A DNA stretch of 63,893 bases, filler included, from Hausera hauseri (taxonomy: Eukaryota): NCBI GenBank assembly GCA_046269625.1. It is 12 parts of 12 records of this genome, joined end to end, with 100 filler letters (N's around TTAATTAATTAA, not from the genome) between each part and the next. Parts side by side here need not be neighbours in the genome. Positions count along the whole stretch, not along the records: positions 38,643 to 43,338 come from JBJURY010471799.1; positions 43,439 to 50,437 come from JBJURY010044887.1; 10 more parts are not named here. One strand, written 5' to 3'. Positions 38,643 through 49,533 of this stretch are shown here, piece by piece. Made by a program: the position numbers and the translations under genes. The notes under the pieces are model-generated. The model did no database searches. It was not told the origin of the DNA and saw only the letters and a program-made list of their open reading frames with translations. How positions within the stretch are numbered: position 1 is the stretch's first letter; each line of letters opens with the position of its first letter.

Positions 38643-41600
38643 ATCCATATGCTGTGCCAACTTAGCAAAGTCCTCATAAATGTCCTCAGTATGGATCTGA
38701 TAGATGAAACTATCAGTATACATGCACATCAGCTGTATGGACTTGAATGTGGGGACCATTATATCGTAATGGAATTTATACATCGGGGTCTTTGACAGGT
38801 TGAGGATTACCATACCCACATATATGGGCTTGTTGAATTTCAAGGATGCTTTCAGCATATAGATGCTGACCAAGTTCTCCGCATATATGGTGCTGGTGTA
38901 GAAGTTGGGCTTGGCAATGAGCTTCTTTGCCCGCTTCCACTCAGACACCAGTTCGATATTGATCCTGTTGCGGATATTTTTCTTGGTCTTGCCAAAAACG
39001 CTGTTGTTGTATAGCTTGAATTGATCCTTCTCAAAATCGTTCTTGGCATTAATCCGCAGCTTCGTATTGAGGTCTATGTAGGGCTGCAGTCAATTGGACT
39101 GGCTGAACTGCACGACTCTATAGATCTTAGTAATGCGGAGTCCATTTCTGACCGCCTGTTAGAGATTTATTTAGTGGACTACATATTTTTCCCGATTTCC
39201 ATGAAAACATAGTAACTTTTCTAATCCCCCATTCGGTGGTCTTTTGCTCTCAGAAAGGAAAGGCAGCTGCTCATGCATTGTGTGGATAGAAGTCGGATGT
39301 TCCATGTCCACGTCCAGTATGTATCCCGTATCTCTACTGGGATCCACGTCCAGTATAGAGATGTTTATAGATGCTCTACCCACTTGAAGTTATCATGTGG
39401 CAATGGGACGCTCATTGCCCAACCATATAAGTTGTTGGCATCCAGCTGTGATATATATGGGGATTCATTGGATTGATCACACTGGGTCATATACTTGTTG
39501 CTGGCCTCGCTATACCGGTGGATGGCCTGGCATATTCCGCCTCTAATGCATCTCTCAATCATGAGGATCATGTCGTAATCCTTTATGATCTGCAGCCTAA
39601 TATCTGTATATATCAGCATAGCTGCTCAACTCATCCTTCGAGCTGTAAAGAAATAAGCCGGATCTGATGCATGGCTCTTCATTATAATATCCCTGAAACT
39701 CTCAAAGACATCCGTTAGAAGCAGCACGTCCGTTTTGATGCATATGTTGCTGTATTCCCCTAATGCTCGGCACTGGAATGCATCCCAGACGTTCTGAGCA
39801 TGCTTGTATTCAGCATTACTGATATTGCAATCAGAGAGGCTATTGTAAAAGTTCTTCTTGGCCGGCAATGGGGTCTCATGCAATGTTTTCCATGAGGTTA
39901 TGTAGTCATAGGGAAATACCCCTTTCCTCTTGACGAGGTCAAATGCAGTGGAAAAGAACCGCTTCGTCTCCTTGAGTTCTTCTGCAAGGAGGTTCTTCAC
40001 TAAATTATCAAGTGAAGACGACATGAAACGGAAACTGTCTATGAAGCGAAGCCTAATTTTATCAACATGCTTTGTAAAGGTGATGTATTTATCCTCACTA
40101 TTAGAAATTACCTCAATGTTTCCTTGAATGCTGACCAGTTCCTGAGCAATAAAATGGGAATCATAGCCACTGAGATTATGGAACACTACAGGCACATATG
40201 TACATGTTTTGCAACGCAGATTGCAGTTGTTGCATGCCGCGCCTCGATATTTGCCTGTAAAATGACAATGATCCCTGAATTTATGATTCTCCTTAGTGAA
40301 TGATTTGGAACACAAATAATATGCTGTTGCCTTGCGCCATTCTTCTTGCTCCTTCGACATGCTTATTGTATACTTATGTTGCTGCAATATATCGCCAAGC
40401 CTATGAGTCATATCTTCAAGTCGTTTAATGAAATGTGCTGCTGCGCCTGGACCTCTGAATAGATATGGTTCACTGTCCAGTCCTTTGGCATACATGTAAT
40501 ATGATGAAAGCTTATGATATTGCTATGCCGTTGTGCTACTGTGTTGTGGATTAGGATTGAAACTCTGAACTGGACGCAGAGTAGCCTCAAATTCGCAATA
40601 GATAACTACTGGGACCTTGATCTTCTTTTTGAACTCCTTGAATTCAATGTAGTCTTCAATAGGAAATTCTGGCCTGATATAGTAATTGTTCTTGCAGTAT
40701 ATTTTGTGCTCTGCAAGGTTGTCCACGGCCTCATCGCCACTGAAATTGAAAAATCATCGTTTGCATATTTCGATTCTTGTGTGTGTTTCGTAATTTGAAA
40801 TCTTACTAGACGCTCAAAGTTCTTAATCCAAGCATAATGTTTCTTTTCTCCATCGTCTAGTAGGAGCAGACCCCTGTGATCTTCAAATTCAGTATCGTAT
40901 ATCTGCAGGGAATAGAATTTGTCCTCTTCATCCAATCCAATGATTTTGATGGATATATTGTTGATTTGACTGAACTTCTTGACTTCATCTATGGATGGCG
41001 GGAACTTAATACATTGGAAGTCATAGTTGTGTTACACATCCTTATATAGCCAAACTCGTGAAGCATTATGTTGATCCCGTACGAGTTTTGATAGAATGGC
41101 ATACATGAAACACATGATGTCATCATTAAAGATATTGATGCATGCCTTTTTCCTTACGATCCATTCCGGAAGCTGAATATAGGAACTGCCCCGCATTGGG
41201 AGTACTTGTGCACATACACAAGCAATCCCTTGATGGCTTCCAGAGTCAATCTGCTCTTTTTATCCTGGCTCTCCTCGGCTTCACGGATCAGCTTCTCGTG
41301 CGCCTCTATCCATTCTGCTATATTGATCTTTTCCAATATGGATCTATTTGTGGTCTTCAAGACCCTATTGGATTCTTCGCCATCAACATTGATGTATGTG
41401 GCCTCCAGTTTCATATTCACCTTAAGGGCTTTGTCCTGTTGTTGTCCTGAAGAATCCCCTTTATCTCGTCCTTTGTGCATAAGAGAAAGTCTTGGATGGT
41501 TGTTTGACCAGTTGCATCAATAACATATCTGCGACATTTTCTCTTTAATGTTGCCGCATCAACTGGCCGCTGTCTTTGGATTTTTGATGGAGCCGGTGCG

Positions 41601-42240
41601 TTTGGAACCGTGCCTGATGCTGCTGCGCATGATGTGGTTGCGCCTGGTGCTGATGCGCCTGATGCTGCTGCGCATGATGCGGCTGAGCGTTTCAATTCTC
41701 CAATATGCTTCGCAGCTACTGCACCAGATCCAGCAGCATAATGCGAGGCAGAATACTTCAAAGCATCATACTGCAAAGCAGATGCATCAATATTATGTTG
41801 CTCATTATAGATGACCTTTTTTGATTTTGATGCGAAGTGACTCAAATGATGTTTGTGATCATAATAGAACTGTATGTAATCTGCACTGCATATAGTCTCG
41901 CATCCCGGACATGTATAATATAGGATCCTTTTGGATTTGTGTCCATAATACCGCTACATCGTTTCATGACACTGTTGCGGATTATGTGCTTTGGGCGTGC
42001 AATAAGCATAGGAACCGCACATCTGCTTTGCTTTTGGGACACTTTTTGTCATTGGCATATTACTGTTGAATATTTCTTTCTTCGATTTTGTGAACAAATC
42101 CAGATGCTATTTATGCTGGTTGTAAAATTCCTCATGACCGTTCTGGCATACTACCGAACATGCAGGACACACATACTATTGAGTCCTATTGTGTTGGTAT
42201 CCGAAAAATGCTGCATTGAACTGTGGTAATTCTCCTCCTC
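38643..42240 (-). pseudogene. Maverick/Polinton pPolB, near full length, with multiple stops and frameshifts; same family as 1827-3998
   Basis: LLLLDDGEKKHYAWIKNFERL, VIYCEFEA, DHCHFTGKYRGAACNNCNL, FHNLSGYDSH, FIDSFRFM, RKGVFPYDY, LDANNLYGWAMS, NNSVFGKT, KPIYVG, MYTDSFIY. Confidence 0.95.
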
Positions 42241-43703
42241 GTGTTTCTGCGCCATGCTAAATTTGTAGAAGTTGCAAATCTAAGCAAACCCATTATTTGA
42301 GGAGCACAAATAACAAAACTCACCATTCTTGGAAGTGAATTTGGAAATAATGAAATATGTAGCCATATCAAGGTGCACTGTCTATTTTTATTGATTTTTA
42401 TTTTAATTTTGATAAATGACGCAGTAATACAAAACAAACGTAGTGAAAAATAAATAATTTTAATAGTAGAGTAAATTTGGCACTGTATATTGTTGCCAAC
42501 ATGTTGCACTTGTATCGTCAACATAGTGCATTTGTACATTTGTTTTAATGCATCACTTGCATGAACTTGTCACGTAATTTGATTAATTTAAACAAAACTC
42601 AAGATAAACCTTACTCACATGCATGAATCCGTGATTATGCTATTTGTATTGCCATCGTATTTCATTTGTCTTGTCAACGAGTTGCATTTGTGTATTTGTT
42701 TTAATGCATCATTTGTACATTTGTTTTAATGCACCAAATAAATTAAATGCACGTGGGCGCCTATGTCGATTAGGTTTTCGACCATGAGGAATTGAATGAC
42801 CTCATTAGATTCTGCGAATAATGCATGCTTGACCGAGTTTTCCAGTTAGAATAGCTAAATATTCGACTTTTAGGCTCGAATTCAAATATCTGGCGTCATA
42901 TTCCTATTTACTATGCATGTCTTCCTATCCATGTGTGCTATTATATTTATCAATTTCCACTTCACTGGGCTTTAACTGCAGATTTTGCTTAATTCGAAAT
43001 ATTATTTTTATATCTATATAGCACATTTTCATGGAATAAATTTAATGAAGAAATGGGTTTTCACACATGGGGAATTTAATTCCATTGTCAGATTTTTCGA
43101 AAAGTTCGATATTCGAAGGGGGACTTTTCGAATTTCGAATATTCGACTCGATATTCGACATCTCCATACTCGACTTCCTATCTGTCCCCACTCAATGCTA
43201 TATCGAATTTTGCTTCCTTAGAGCAAATAAAACCTGTGGCGGTTCTGGCTCACTTGCACTTTGGGCTGATATTATTCGAAATCCACTCGATCGATTTAAA
43301 TTCTAATTGCACATTCGTATAGTGCACGTGTTTCCTCTNNNNNNNNNNNNNNNNNNNNNNNNNNNNNNNNNNNNNNNNNNNNTTAATTAATTAANNNNNN
43401 NNNNNNNNNNNNNNNNNNNNNNNNNNNNNNNNNNNNNNAATGCACGAAAACTTAGATATATTTAGGGGATTTAGATTATTTTTGTCTACTTTTTGGGATA
43501 AATAGTGGAAACTTAGATTATTGTAGGAGACGTATGGGATTTACAATGGTTTTAGGATTAATTCACCCTTTCTTTTTAATGCAACAACATGTTACCGCCG
43601 GTATTTAGGCAAGATTTAGGTATAAATAGCCGTTCATCGAAGTAAATATATTTCATTTTGGACATGAACTTTAATCTACGTTTAGATCAGAATTACTGCT
43701 GCA

Positions 43704-44753
43704 ATGGAAACACTTCTCTCTCCGATGTATCGGGATCCTCAACATCCTGCCAGTTTTGGTGGTATCAATGCTTTGCATCGTGCTTTAAAAGGTCGCGTAA
43801 AAACAAAAGACATCAAACGATGGTTGCAAACGAAAGATTCGTATACTTTACACAAGCCTTTAAAACACAAATTCCCGAGAAATCGTGTGATCGTAGGAGG
43901 TTTGAACAATCAATTTCAGTCTGATTTAGTAGATATGCAGTCTTTATCTGCTTTTAACGACGATTATAAGTATTTACTCACGTGCATAGATATTCTGTCC
44001 AAGTACGCATGGGCCGTACCCTTAAAAGATAAGAAATATGACGGCGTTGTCATGGCTTTTGAAAAAATATTTTCGGAAAGAAAGCCTCAATCTTTACAGA
44101 CGGATGCTGGAAAAGAATTTACCAACAGACGTTTACAAAATTATCTGAAAAAAAGAAATGTACACTTTTTTACGACTCATAATGCAACGAAGGCTTCCGT
44201 CGTCGAACGATTTAATCGTACTCTTAAAACGAAAATGTGGAAATATTTTACAGAAATGAATACAAAACGTTACATTGATGTGATTGATAAACTGGTCTAT
44301 AGTTACAATCATACATGGCATCGTAGTATAAAAATGGAACCTGCTTCGGTGACAGTCAAAAACGAAGCCCAAGTTTGGCAAACGCTGTACGGTCATCCGA
44401 ATGAAAAGAAGGTCAATGCCAATACTTTAAAACTTGAAGATACAGTGCGCATCAGCAAAGAAAAATTGCGTTTTGAAAAAGGGTATGAGCAAAATTGGAC
44501 CAGAGAAATATTTACCGTTTATAAAATTATTGCCAGGAATCCCGTTGTGTACAAACTAAAAGATTTAGCGGGTGAAGTAATTGAAGGTACTTTTTATAAT
44601 CAAGAACTTCAAAAAGTTGCCGATTCAGGGTATTATCCGGTCGAAAAGGTACTGAAAACCAGAAAAAGGAACGGAAAATCAGAATATTTTGTTAAATTTC
44701 AAGGTTATCCCGAAAAGTTTAATGCATGGGTAAGTAGTGTGAAAAGGATATAA
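43704..44753 (+). CDS. Retroviral-like (rve) integrase with C-terminal chromodomain
   Basis: FQSDLVD, QTDAGKEF and VVERFNRTLK give an intact DDE; FEKGYEQNWT; chromodomain YPVEKVLKTR...YFVKFQGYPEKFNAWV. Confidence 0.96.
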   Translation: METLLSPMYRDPQHPASFGGINALHRALKGRVKTKDIKRWLQTKDSYTLHKPLKHKFPRNRVIVGGLNNQFQSDLVDMQSLSAFNDDYKYLLTCIDILSKYAWAVPLKDKKYDGVVMAFEKIFSERKPQSLQTDAGKEFTNRRLQNYLKKRNVHFFTTHNATKASVVERFNRTLKTKMWKYFTEMNTKRYIDVIDKLVYSYNHTWHRSIKMEPASVTVKNEAQVWQTLYGHPNEKKVNANTLKLEDTVRISKEKLRFEKGYEQNWTREIFTVYKIIARNPVVYKLKDLAGEVIEGTFYNQELQKVADSGYYPVEKVLKTRKRNGKSEYFVKFQGYPEKFNAWVSSVKRI

Positions 44754-44791
44754 AAAGGCATACGAAGCAGACATTGTAACCAGATACGAAG

Positions 44792-45517
44792 ATGTCTTTC
44801 TACGTGACGGTTATCAGCGACAGTTCCAAACAGTTTTTTCCCGACAATACCACGTCACAATTTATTACTCAGTTACCAACGCCTATTGACTTAAACAATG
44901 GACAATGGGAAGTGAGCTTAGTCAATATTATTTACCCTCATACATGGTATAATGTTAGGAAAGAAAACAACCTCTTTGGATTTGACCTAGGGGATGGAAA
45001 AGAAAACGGTCGTCGAATCCCACCCGGTTGTTATGAAAGTATACCCGATCTGTTGAAAGCTATGACTTTATCCTCCCACAAGAACAAAATTGAATTTTCT
45101 TACCACGCCGTAACCAAGAGAGTAGCGATCAAGACAAAAGACGATTGCAAAGTGATGCTTTACGACGGCATTGCACAGGTGTTAGGATTCCAGCCTGGAG
45201 TGTACAGCGGAATTGCACAAAGTCCTTTTGTGGCGGATCCGAATGGTTCTTTCTCCGTGATGTATGTCTATTGCGACCTCGTGGAACCTCAAATCGTGGG
45301 AGATGTTCAAGCCCCCCTTTTAAAAATTGTCAAAGTGGATGGAAAAGATGGCGAAACGGTGAACGTTCAGTATACTCGGCCTTACTATCTACCGGTAATA
45401 CGACAACATTTTCAGACCATTCAAATAGATTTGCGACTGCACACGGGTGGCCTGGTGCCTTTTGAAAGAGGTAAAGTCATTATTGTATTGCATTTTCGCA
45501 TGAGACAAATTGTATAA
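44792..45517 (+). CDS. Minor capsid (penton-like) protein
   Basis: FYVTVISDSS..FPDNT..F...LP..I.L...WEV.L, YVYCDLVEPQIVGD, PYYLPV, VLHFR. Confidence 0.9.
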   Translation: MSFYVTVISDSSKQFFPDNTTSQFITQLPTPIDLNNGQWEVSLVNIIYPHTWYNVRKENNLFGFDLGDGKENGRRIPPGCYESIPDLLKAMTLSSHKNKIEFSYHAVTKRVAIKTKDDCKVMLYDGIAQVLGFQPGVYSGIAQSPFVADPNGSFSVMYVYCDLVEPQIVGDVQAPLLKIVKVDGKDGETVNVQYTRPYYLPVIRQHFQTIQIDLRLHTGGLVPFERGKVIIVLHFRMRQIV

Positions 45518-45567
45518 ATAGCAAAAAACAAGAGGACAGGTTTTTATTTGTATCATAGTCCTGAAAC

Positions 45568-45987
45568 ATGTTGGTACCTTATTCGTGCTGTACAGAAACA
45601 TTTGAAGATTATTATGTGGGGCAGACTGGAGACGGTTTGCCCTTTTATGAAGGAACGTCCTTACAGCGAGGATACGGCATTGGGGGATTTTTTGCAAAAC
45701 TTTTCCGAAGTGCGCTGCCTTTTTTAAGAAAGGGTGCAAAAGCATTAGGGAAAGAAGCCCTGCGTACCGGTACGCTCATAGCGAACGACGTACTCGAAGG
45801 AGAAAATTTGAAAACATCTGCCTTATCAAGAATGAAAGAAGCTGGCAAGACCTTGACCCGGAAAGCACTGAAGAGAGCTGACGAGATGATTGGACACGGA
45901 AGACTTAAAAGGAAGCGCAAAAAAACTGAACTGCTCATTTCACCGAAAACCAAGAAGCGGAAAGGACGTGATATTTTTGACCCGTAA
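45568..45987 (+). CDS. Maverick PM core-like protein
   Basis: YYVGQTGDG, QRGYGIGGFFAKLFRSALPFL amphipathic helix, basic tail ending DIF. Confidence 0.85.
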   Translation: MLVPYSCCTETFEDYYVGQTGDGLPFYEGTSLQRGYGIGGFFAKLFRSALPFLRKGAKALGKEALRTGTLIANDVLEGENLKTSALSRMKEAGKTLTRKALKRADEMIGHGRLKRKRKKTELLISPKTKKRKGRDIFDP

Positions 45988-45989
45988 CT

Positions 45990-47288
45990 ATGGCGTATTT
46001 GTTTAAAGATTCTCCAGAATGTGCCAAATCTGAATTAAATCTGTTTACATTACCTCCCACGCAAACGGTTATTGAAAGAGGACAATGGATCGAATTTCAC
46101 CCCGTAGCTAATTTATTGGATTCTAACCCTGTCGAATTTAATATTTCGGGAAGCGGTGAAGATTATTTGGACTTATCACAAACTTATTTGTATGTGAAAG
46201 CCAAGATACTGAAAGGAAATGGAAACCCGTTGACCAAAGAGGACAAAGTCGGACCTTCCAATCTGTTTCTGCATGCTCTTTTCTCTCAAGTGGATGTCAG
46301 TCTTAACGAGCGAGTCGTTTCCTCCAGCACTAATACCTATCCTTATCGGGCCATGATTGAAACTTTGCTAAATCATGGACATGATGCCAAAACATCGCAA
46401 CTGTCTTCAGAGTTGTATTTCAAAGATACGGCAGGACGCATGAATGTATATGATGCGGCAGATCCTAAACCTAACGAAGGTTTTAACATTCGAGCCAACA
46501 TGTTTCAACTCAGTCGCCCAGTGGACATGTTCGGCCGGCTCCATGTCGATTTATTTCATCAAGAAAGACTCATGCTGAACATGGTGGATATGAAAATTAA
46601 GCTTATACGAAGCAAACCTGAGTTTTGCTTGTTGGGCGATGGTTCCTTTAAAGTGGCATTGGAACATGCTTCTTTATTTGCACGCAGAGTGAAGGTCAGC
46701 CCTGGAGTGGTATTAGCACATGCCAAATGTTTGGAAAAAACCTCTGCTAAATACCCTATTAACAGAGTGGTCTGCAAATCCTATTCCGTACCTCAAGGTC
46801 ATATGAGTTTTATCCAAGATAACATTTTCACGGGGCAGATGCCCAAACGTCTGGTCTTAGCCTGTGTCGACAACGACGCATTCAACGGAAACTTTAAAAA
46901 GTCGCCTTTTGAATTTAAGCACTGTCACATGAACTTTATCGGTGTCTACGTGGATGGTCAACCTTTGCCCCATAAACCCTTGCAACCTGATTTTGAAAAC
47001 CAGAATTTTATTAGAGCCTATCACAACTTATTCCTAAACTCACAAGACCGTGGACTTTATCTCTCTCGATCAGAGTTTCCTGAAGGCTATTGCTTATTTC
47101 ACTTTGATTTGTCACCGGATCTGTGTGACGGAGCACATTTAAATTTGGTTCGTCATAGTAATTTAAGATTAGAACTCAAGTTCAGTTCACCCTTAGAACA
47201 TACTATATCTTTATTAGTGTATGCTGAATTTGAGAATGTGATCGAAGTCAACAAATCTAGGAACATTTTATACGACTTTGGAAACTAA
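45990..47288 (+). CDS. Major capsid protein (double jelly-roll, PY)
   Basis: KSELNLFTLPPTQ, YLDLSQTYLYVK, YPYRAMIETLL, AFNG.FKKSPF.F, FDLSPD, VYAEF; 432 aa. Confidence 0.95.
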   Translation: MAYLFKDSPECAKSELNLFTLPPTQTVIERGQWIEFHPVANLLDSNPVEFNISGSGEDYLDLSQTYLYVKAKILKGNGNPLTKEDKVGPSNLFLHALFSQVDVSLNERVVSSSTNTYPYRAMIETLLNHGHDAKTSQLSSELYFKDTAGRMNVYDAADPKPNEGFNIRANMFQLSRPVDMFGRLHVDLFHQERLMLNMVDMKIKLIRSKPEFCLLGDGSFKVALEHASLFARRVKVSPGVVLAHAKCLEKTSAKYPINRVVCKSYSVPQGHMSFIQDNIFTGQMPKRLVLACVDNDAFNGNFKKSPFEFKHCHMNFIGVYVDGQPLPHKPLQPDFENQNFIRAYHNLFLNSQDRGLYLSRSEFPEGYCLFHFDLSPDLCDGAHLNLVRHSNLRLELKFSSPLEHTISLLVYAEFENVIEVNKSRNILYDFGN

Positions 47289-47755
47289 TGAATTCTTCAG
47301 ACATTCATAAAATACTCACACGTGATCCCTATACGGTGAGATATTTTACAGGTGTCTATCCCTCTGACAGAATACCCGTCCTCCATTCCACCCCTGCAGC
47401 TCTCGTGGTTAACACGGATAAGGCTACTGAACCCGGAAGTCACTGGGTTGCCCTGTTTGTGGAAAATAACAGATCTCTGGACTTCTTCGATTCTTATGGA
47501 TTACCAGCTGAAGCATATGGTAGTGACATAGCAAAATTCATCCAGAAATACCCTCAAGTCACGTGGAACAAGATACCCCTTCAAAGCCTTACTTCGAATG
47601 TCTGCGGACACTACTGTATCTATTATTTAGTGAAACGATGTCAAGGCTTCTGTACAAGATTCATTGTAGCTAACCTTGCTGGAAAGCAGAATGATTTTCG
47701 TATGTTTCAATTTGTAAAGAAACGATATGGTGTAAACATGATTTATAAAAAATAA
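47288..47755 (+). CDS. Adenain-like (Ulp1-fold) maturation cysteine protease
   Basis: VVNTD..EPGSHWVA, FFDSYG, LQS..SNVCGHYC; the His-Asp-Cys triad is intact. Confidence 0.95.
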   Translation: MNSSDIHKILTRDPYTVRYFTGVYPSDRIPVLHSTPAALVVNTDKATEPGSHWVALFVENNRSLDFFDSYGLPAEAYGSDIAKFIQKYPQVTWNKIPLQSLTSNVCGHYCIYYLVKRCQGFCTRFIVANLAGKQNDFRMFQFVKKRYGVNMIYKK

Positions 47756-47844
47756 ACTAACGTTTTTTAATAATAACTGTGTCTGTTTTCCTTTGTGTTT
47801 CATTGTATTTTTACATATTTGGAAAGTGTAAGAGCCTATCTTTA

Positions 47845-48431
47845 TCCTAACTCAAAGGCGAAACATCAGTGTTTTCGCCTAACTCAAAGGCATAAAAAAC
47901 ACCCATGTTTCGCCTAACTGAAAGGAATTAAAACGCCGAAAAACTCCCTTAACTAAAAGGGAGAAAATATCTATACTTTATCCTAACTAAATAGGGAAAA
48001 GTACCTAGGTTTCGCCTAAGACAAAAGGCGAAAAAACGCTTATGAGTAACTTAACTAAAAGGGAGAAAATATCTATAATTTAGTCTAACTAAAAGGGATA
48101 AAATATCTATAATTTTGTCTAACTAAAAGGGAAAAATACCTATACTTCATCCTAACACTAAAGGGGGGAAAGTACCTAGGTTTCTCCTAAGACAAGAGGC
48201 GAAAAACGCCTATACTCTATCCTAACTAAAAGGGGGAAAAGTACATAGGTTTCGCCTAACTAAAAGACGAAAAACGTCTATAATTTATCCTAACTAAAAG
48301 GCGAAAAACGCCTATGTTTAACATTACTGTAAAGGGGAAAAACATCTACGATTAACCTGAACATAAAGGGGAAAAGTACCTAGGTTTTGTCTAACTGAAA
48401 GGGAGAAAATGCCTATATTTTAACTAAAAGG
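47845..48431. repeat. Array of about 18 imperfect palindromic units of about 34 bp between convergent gene blocks
   Basis: Core (C)CTAACTAAAAGG recurs at about 47849, 47881, 47916, 47951, 47984, 48018, 48053, 48087, 48121, 48154, 48189, 48224, 48258, 48292, 48325, 48360, 48393 and 48422. Confidence 0.9.
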
Positions 48432-48584
48432 ATAATGTGATGAATGAATATAAAGGGAAAAATTTGCACAGAGTAGGAAAACAAATATATTTTTTAAAAC
48501 ATACAAAAATAAAAAAAGACTCGAACAAAAAACATAAAAGACACAGGAATTAAAGGACAAACATATTTTTTATTGAATGTAGTA

Positions 48585-49211
48585 TTACAGTTTTAACCAA
48601 CGGTTAGGTTGAGTTCGTACACGTTTGGGTCTTTCAGATTGATATTTTACAGAACTGCGTTTTACAGAGTACGGTTTTACAGAATTGGGTTTGGCGTACA
48701 GTTTACTTGTAGAAGTAAGGTGTCTGTTCTTGACATATTCTGGAGGAAAATGCAGTTCATCTAATGCTTGTTTCCATTCATCATAACCTTGAGGTTTCCC
48801 TTGCTGGTTTCGAAGTATATAGTTGATTAAAGTAGATATGTTTGTTCCAGATAGAATGCTTCCTTTCACTTTAATCTCTTTGGAAGCTGTCCAGGAAATG
48901 ACGTCTTTATGCCGATTCAAAAAATCAAGTATCTTCTGGGCAACATATCGCCATTTAACAGGTACAGAAGACAGAATGTCTTGTTCGACATTCGCTTGAA
49001 TAAGATTATTTTCTTCGGAAGGCTTATTTAAATCGGGAAAAGCTACGAACTTTTGTAAGGTTTGTAGATACAATTTCGCCTTTTCATCATCACTGGATTT
49101 TTTTTCCTTTAAAATATCCTGCATCTGGCTATCCAGTTCCGATAAATGGTCTTCGGTAAATTGCTGTTCTCGATCCGCAGGTACAAGAATTAATTTACGG
49201 GCGAACTCCAT
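48585..49211 (-). CDS. Maverick PZ protein
   Basis: MEFARKLILVP, LDSQM..IL....DDEKAKLY.Q.L, ISW...EI...G..L.GTNI..LI, terminal WLKL. Confidence 0.8.
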   Translation of the reverse strand: MEFARKLILVPADREQQFTEDHLSELDSQMQDILKEKKSSDDEKAKLYLQTLQKFVAFPDLNKPSEENNLIQANVEQDILSSVPVKWRYVAQKILDFLNRHKDVISWTASKEIKVKGSILSGTNISTLINYILRNQQGKPQGYDEWKQALDELHFPPEYVKNRHLTSTSKLYAKPNSVKPYSVKRSSVKYQSERPKRVRTQPNRWLKL

Positions 49212-49512
49212 GAATCAGTGTGCTTAGTACAGAAATCGCAGCAGGAATAAGAATGGACAGAAAACCTTCACCTTTTTGTACAAGAAGCTGTCTTTTCTTA
49301 AATAAGGGCGTCTTTTTCTTGGCTAGTTGACGTAAAGTCTTTTTATGGTGAGCAAGTTGGTTCTTTTCTTCTGAGGTTAATGGTACGTTTCCTTTTAGCA
49401 CATTCAAAACACATTCACACACACTCTTAATAACACTGTTAGGACACCACCTCAATAAAGAAATTTTGTTCTTACAGTTTTCTAAAAGTTTTAGATGTTC
49501 TTCAGTCGACAT
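49195..49512 (-). CDS. Maverick PW protein
   Basis: VCECVLNVLKGNVPL...LRQLAKKK...LVQKGEGFLSILIPAAISVL. Confidence 0.82.
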   Translation of the reverse strand: MSTEEHLKLLENCKNKISLLRWCPNSVIKSVCECVLNVLKGNVPLTSEEKNQLAHHKKTLRQLAKKKTPLFKKRQLLVQKGEGFLSILIPAAISVLSTLIHGVRP

Positions 49513-49533
49513 CTTAACTGATAATGATCAATA

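Noticed and set aside
42745-43338. TTCGAA/TCGA-rich segment as a Maverick TIR
   Set aside because: No AG(T) terminus or partner repeat is visible; more likely an unrelated interspersed repeat.
47845-48431. CRISPR array
   Set aside because: Units are contiguous degenerate repeats without unique spacers, there are no cas genes, and the context is a eukaryotic virus-like element.
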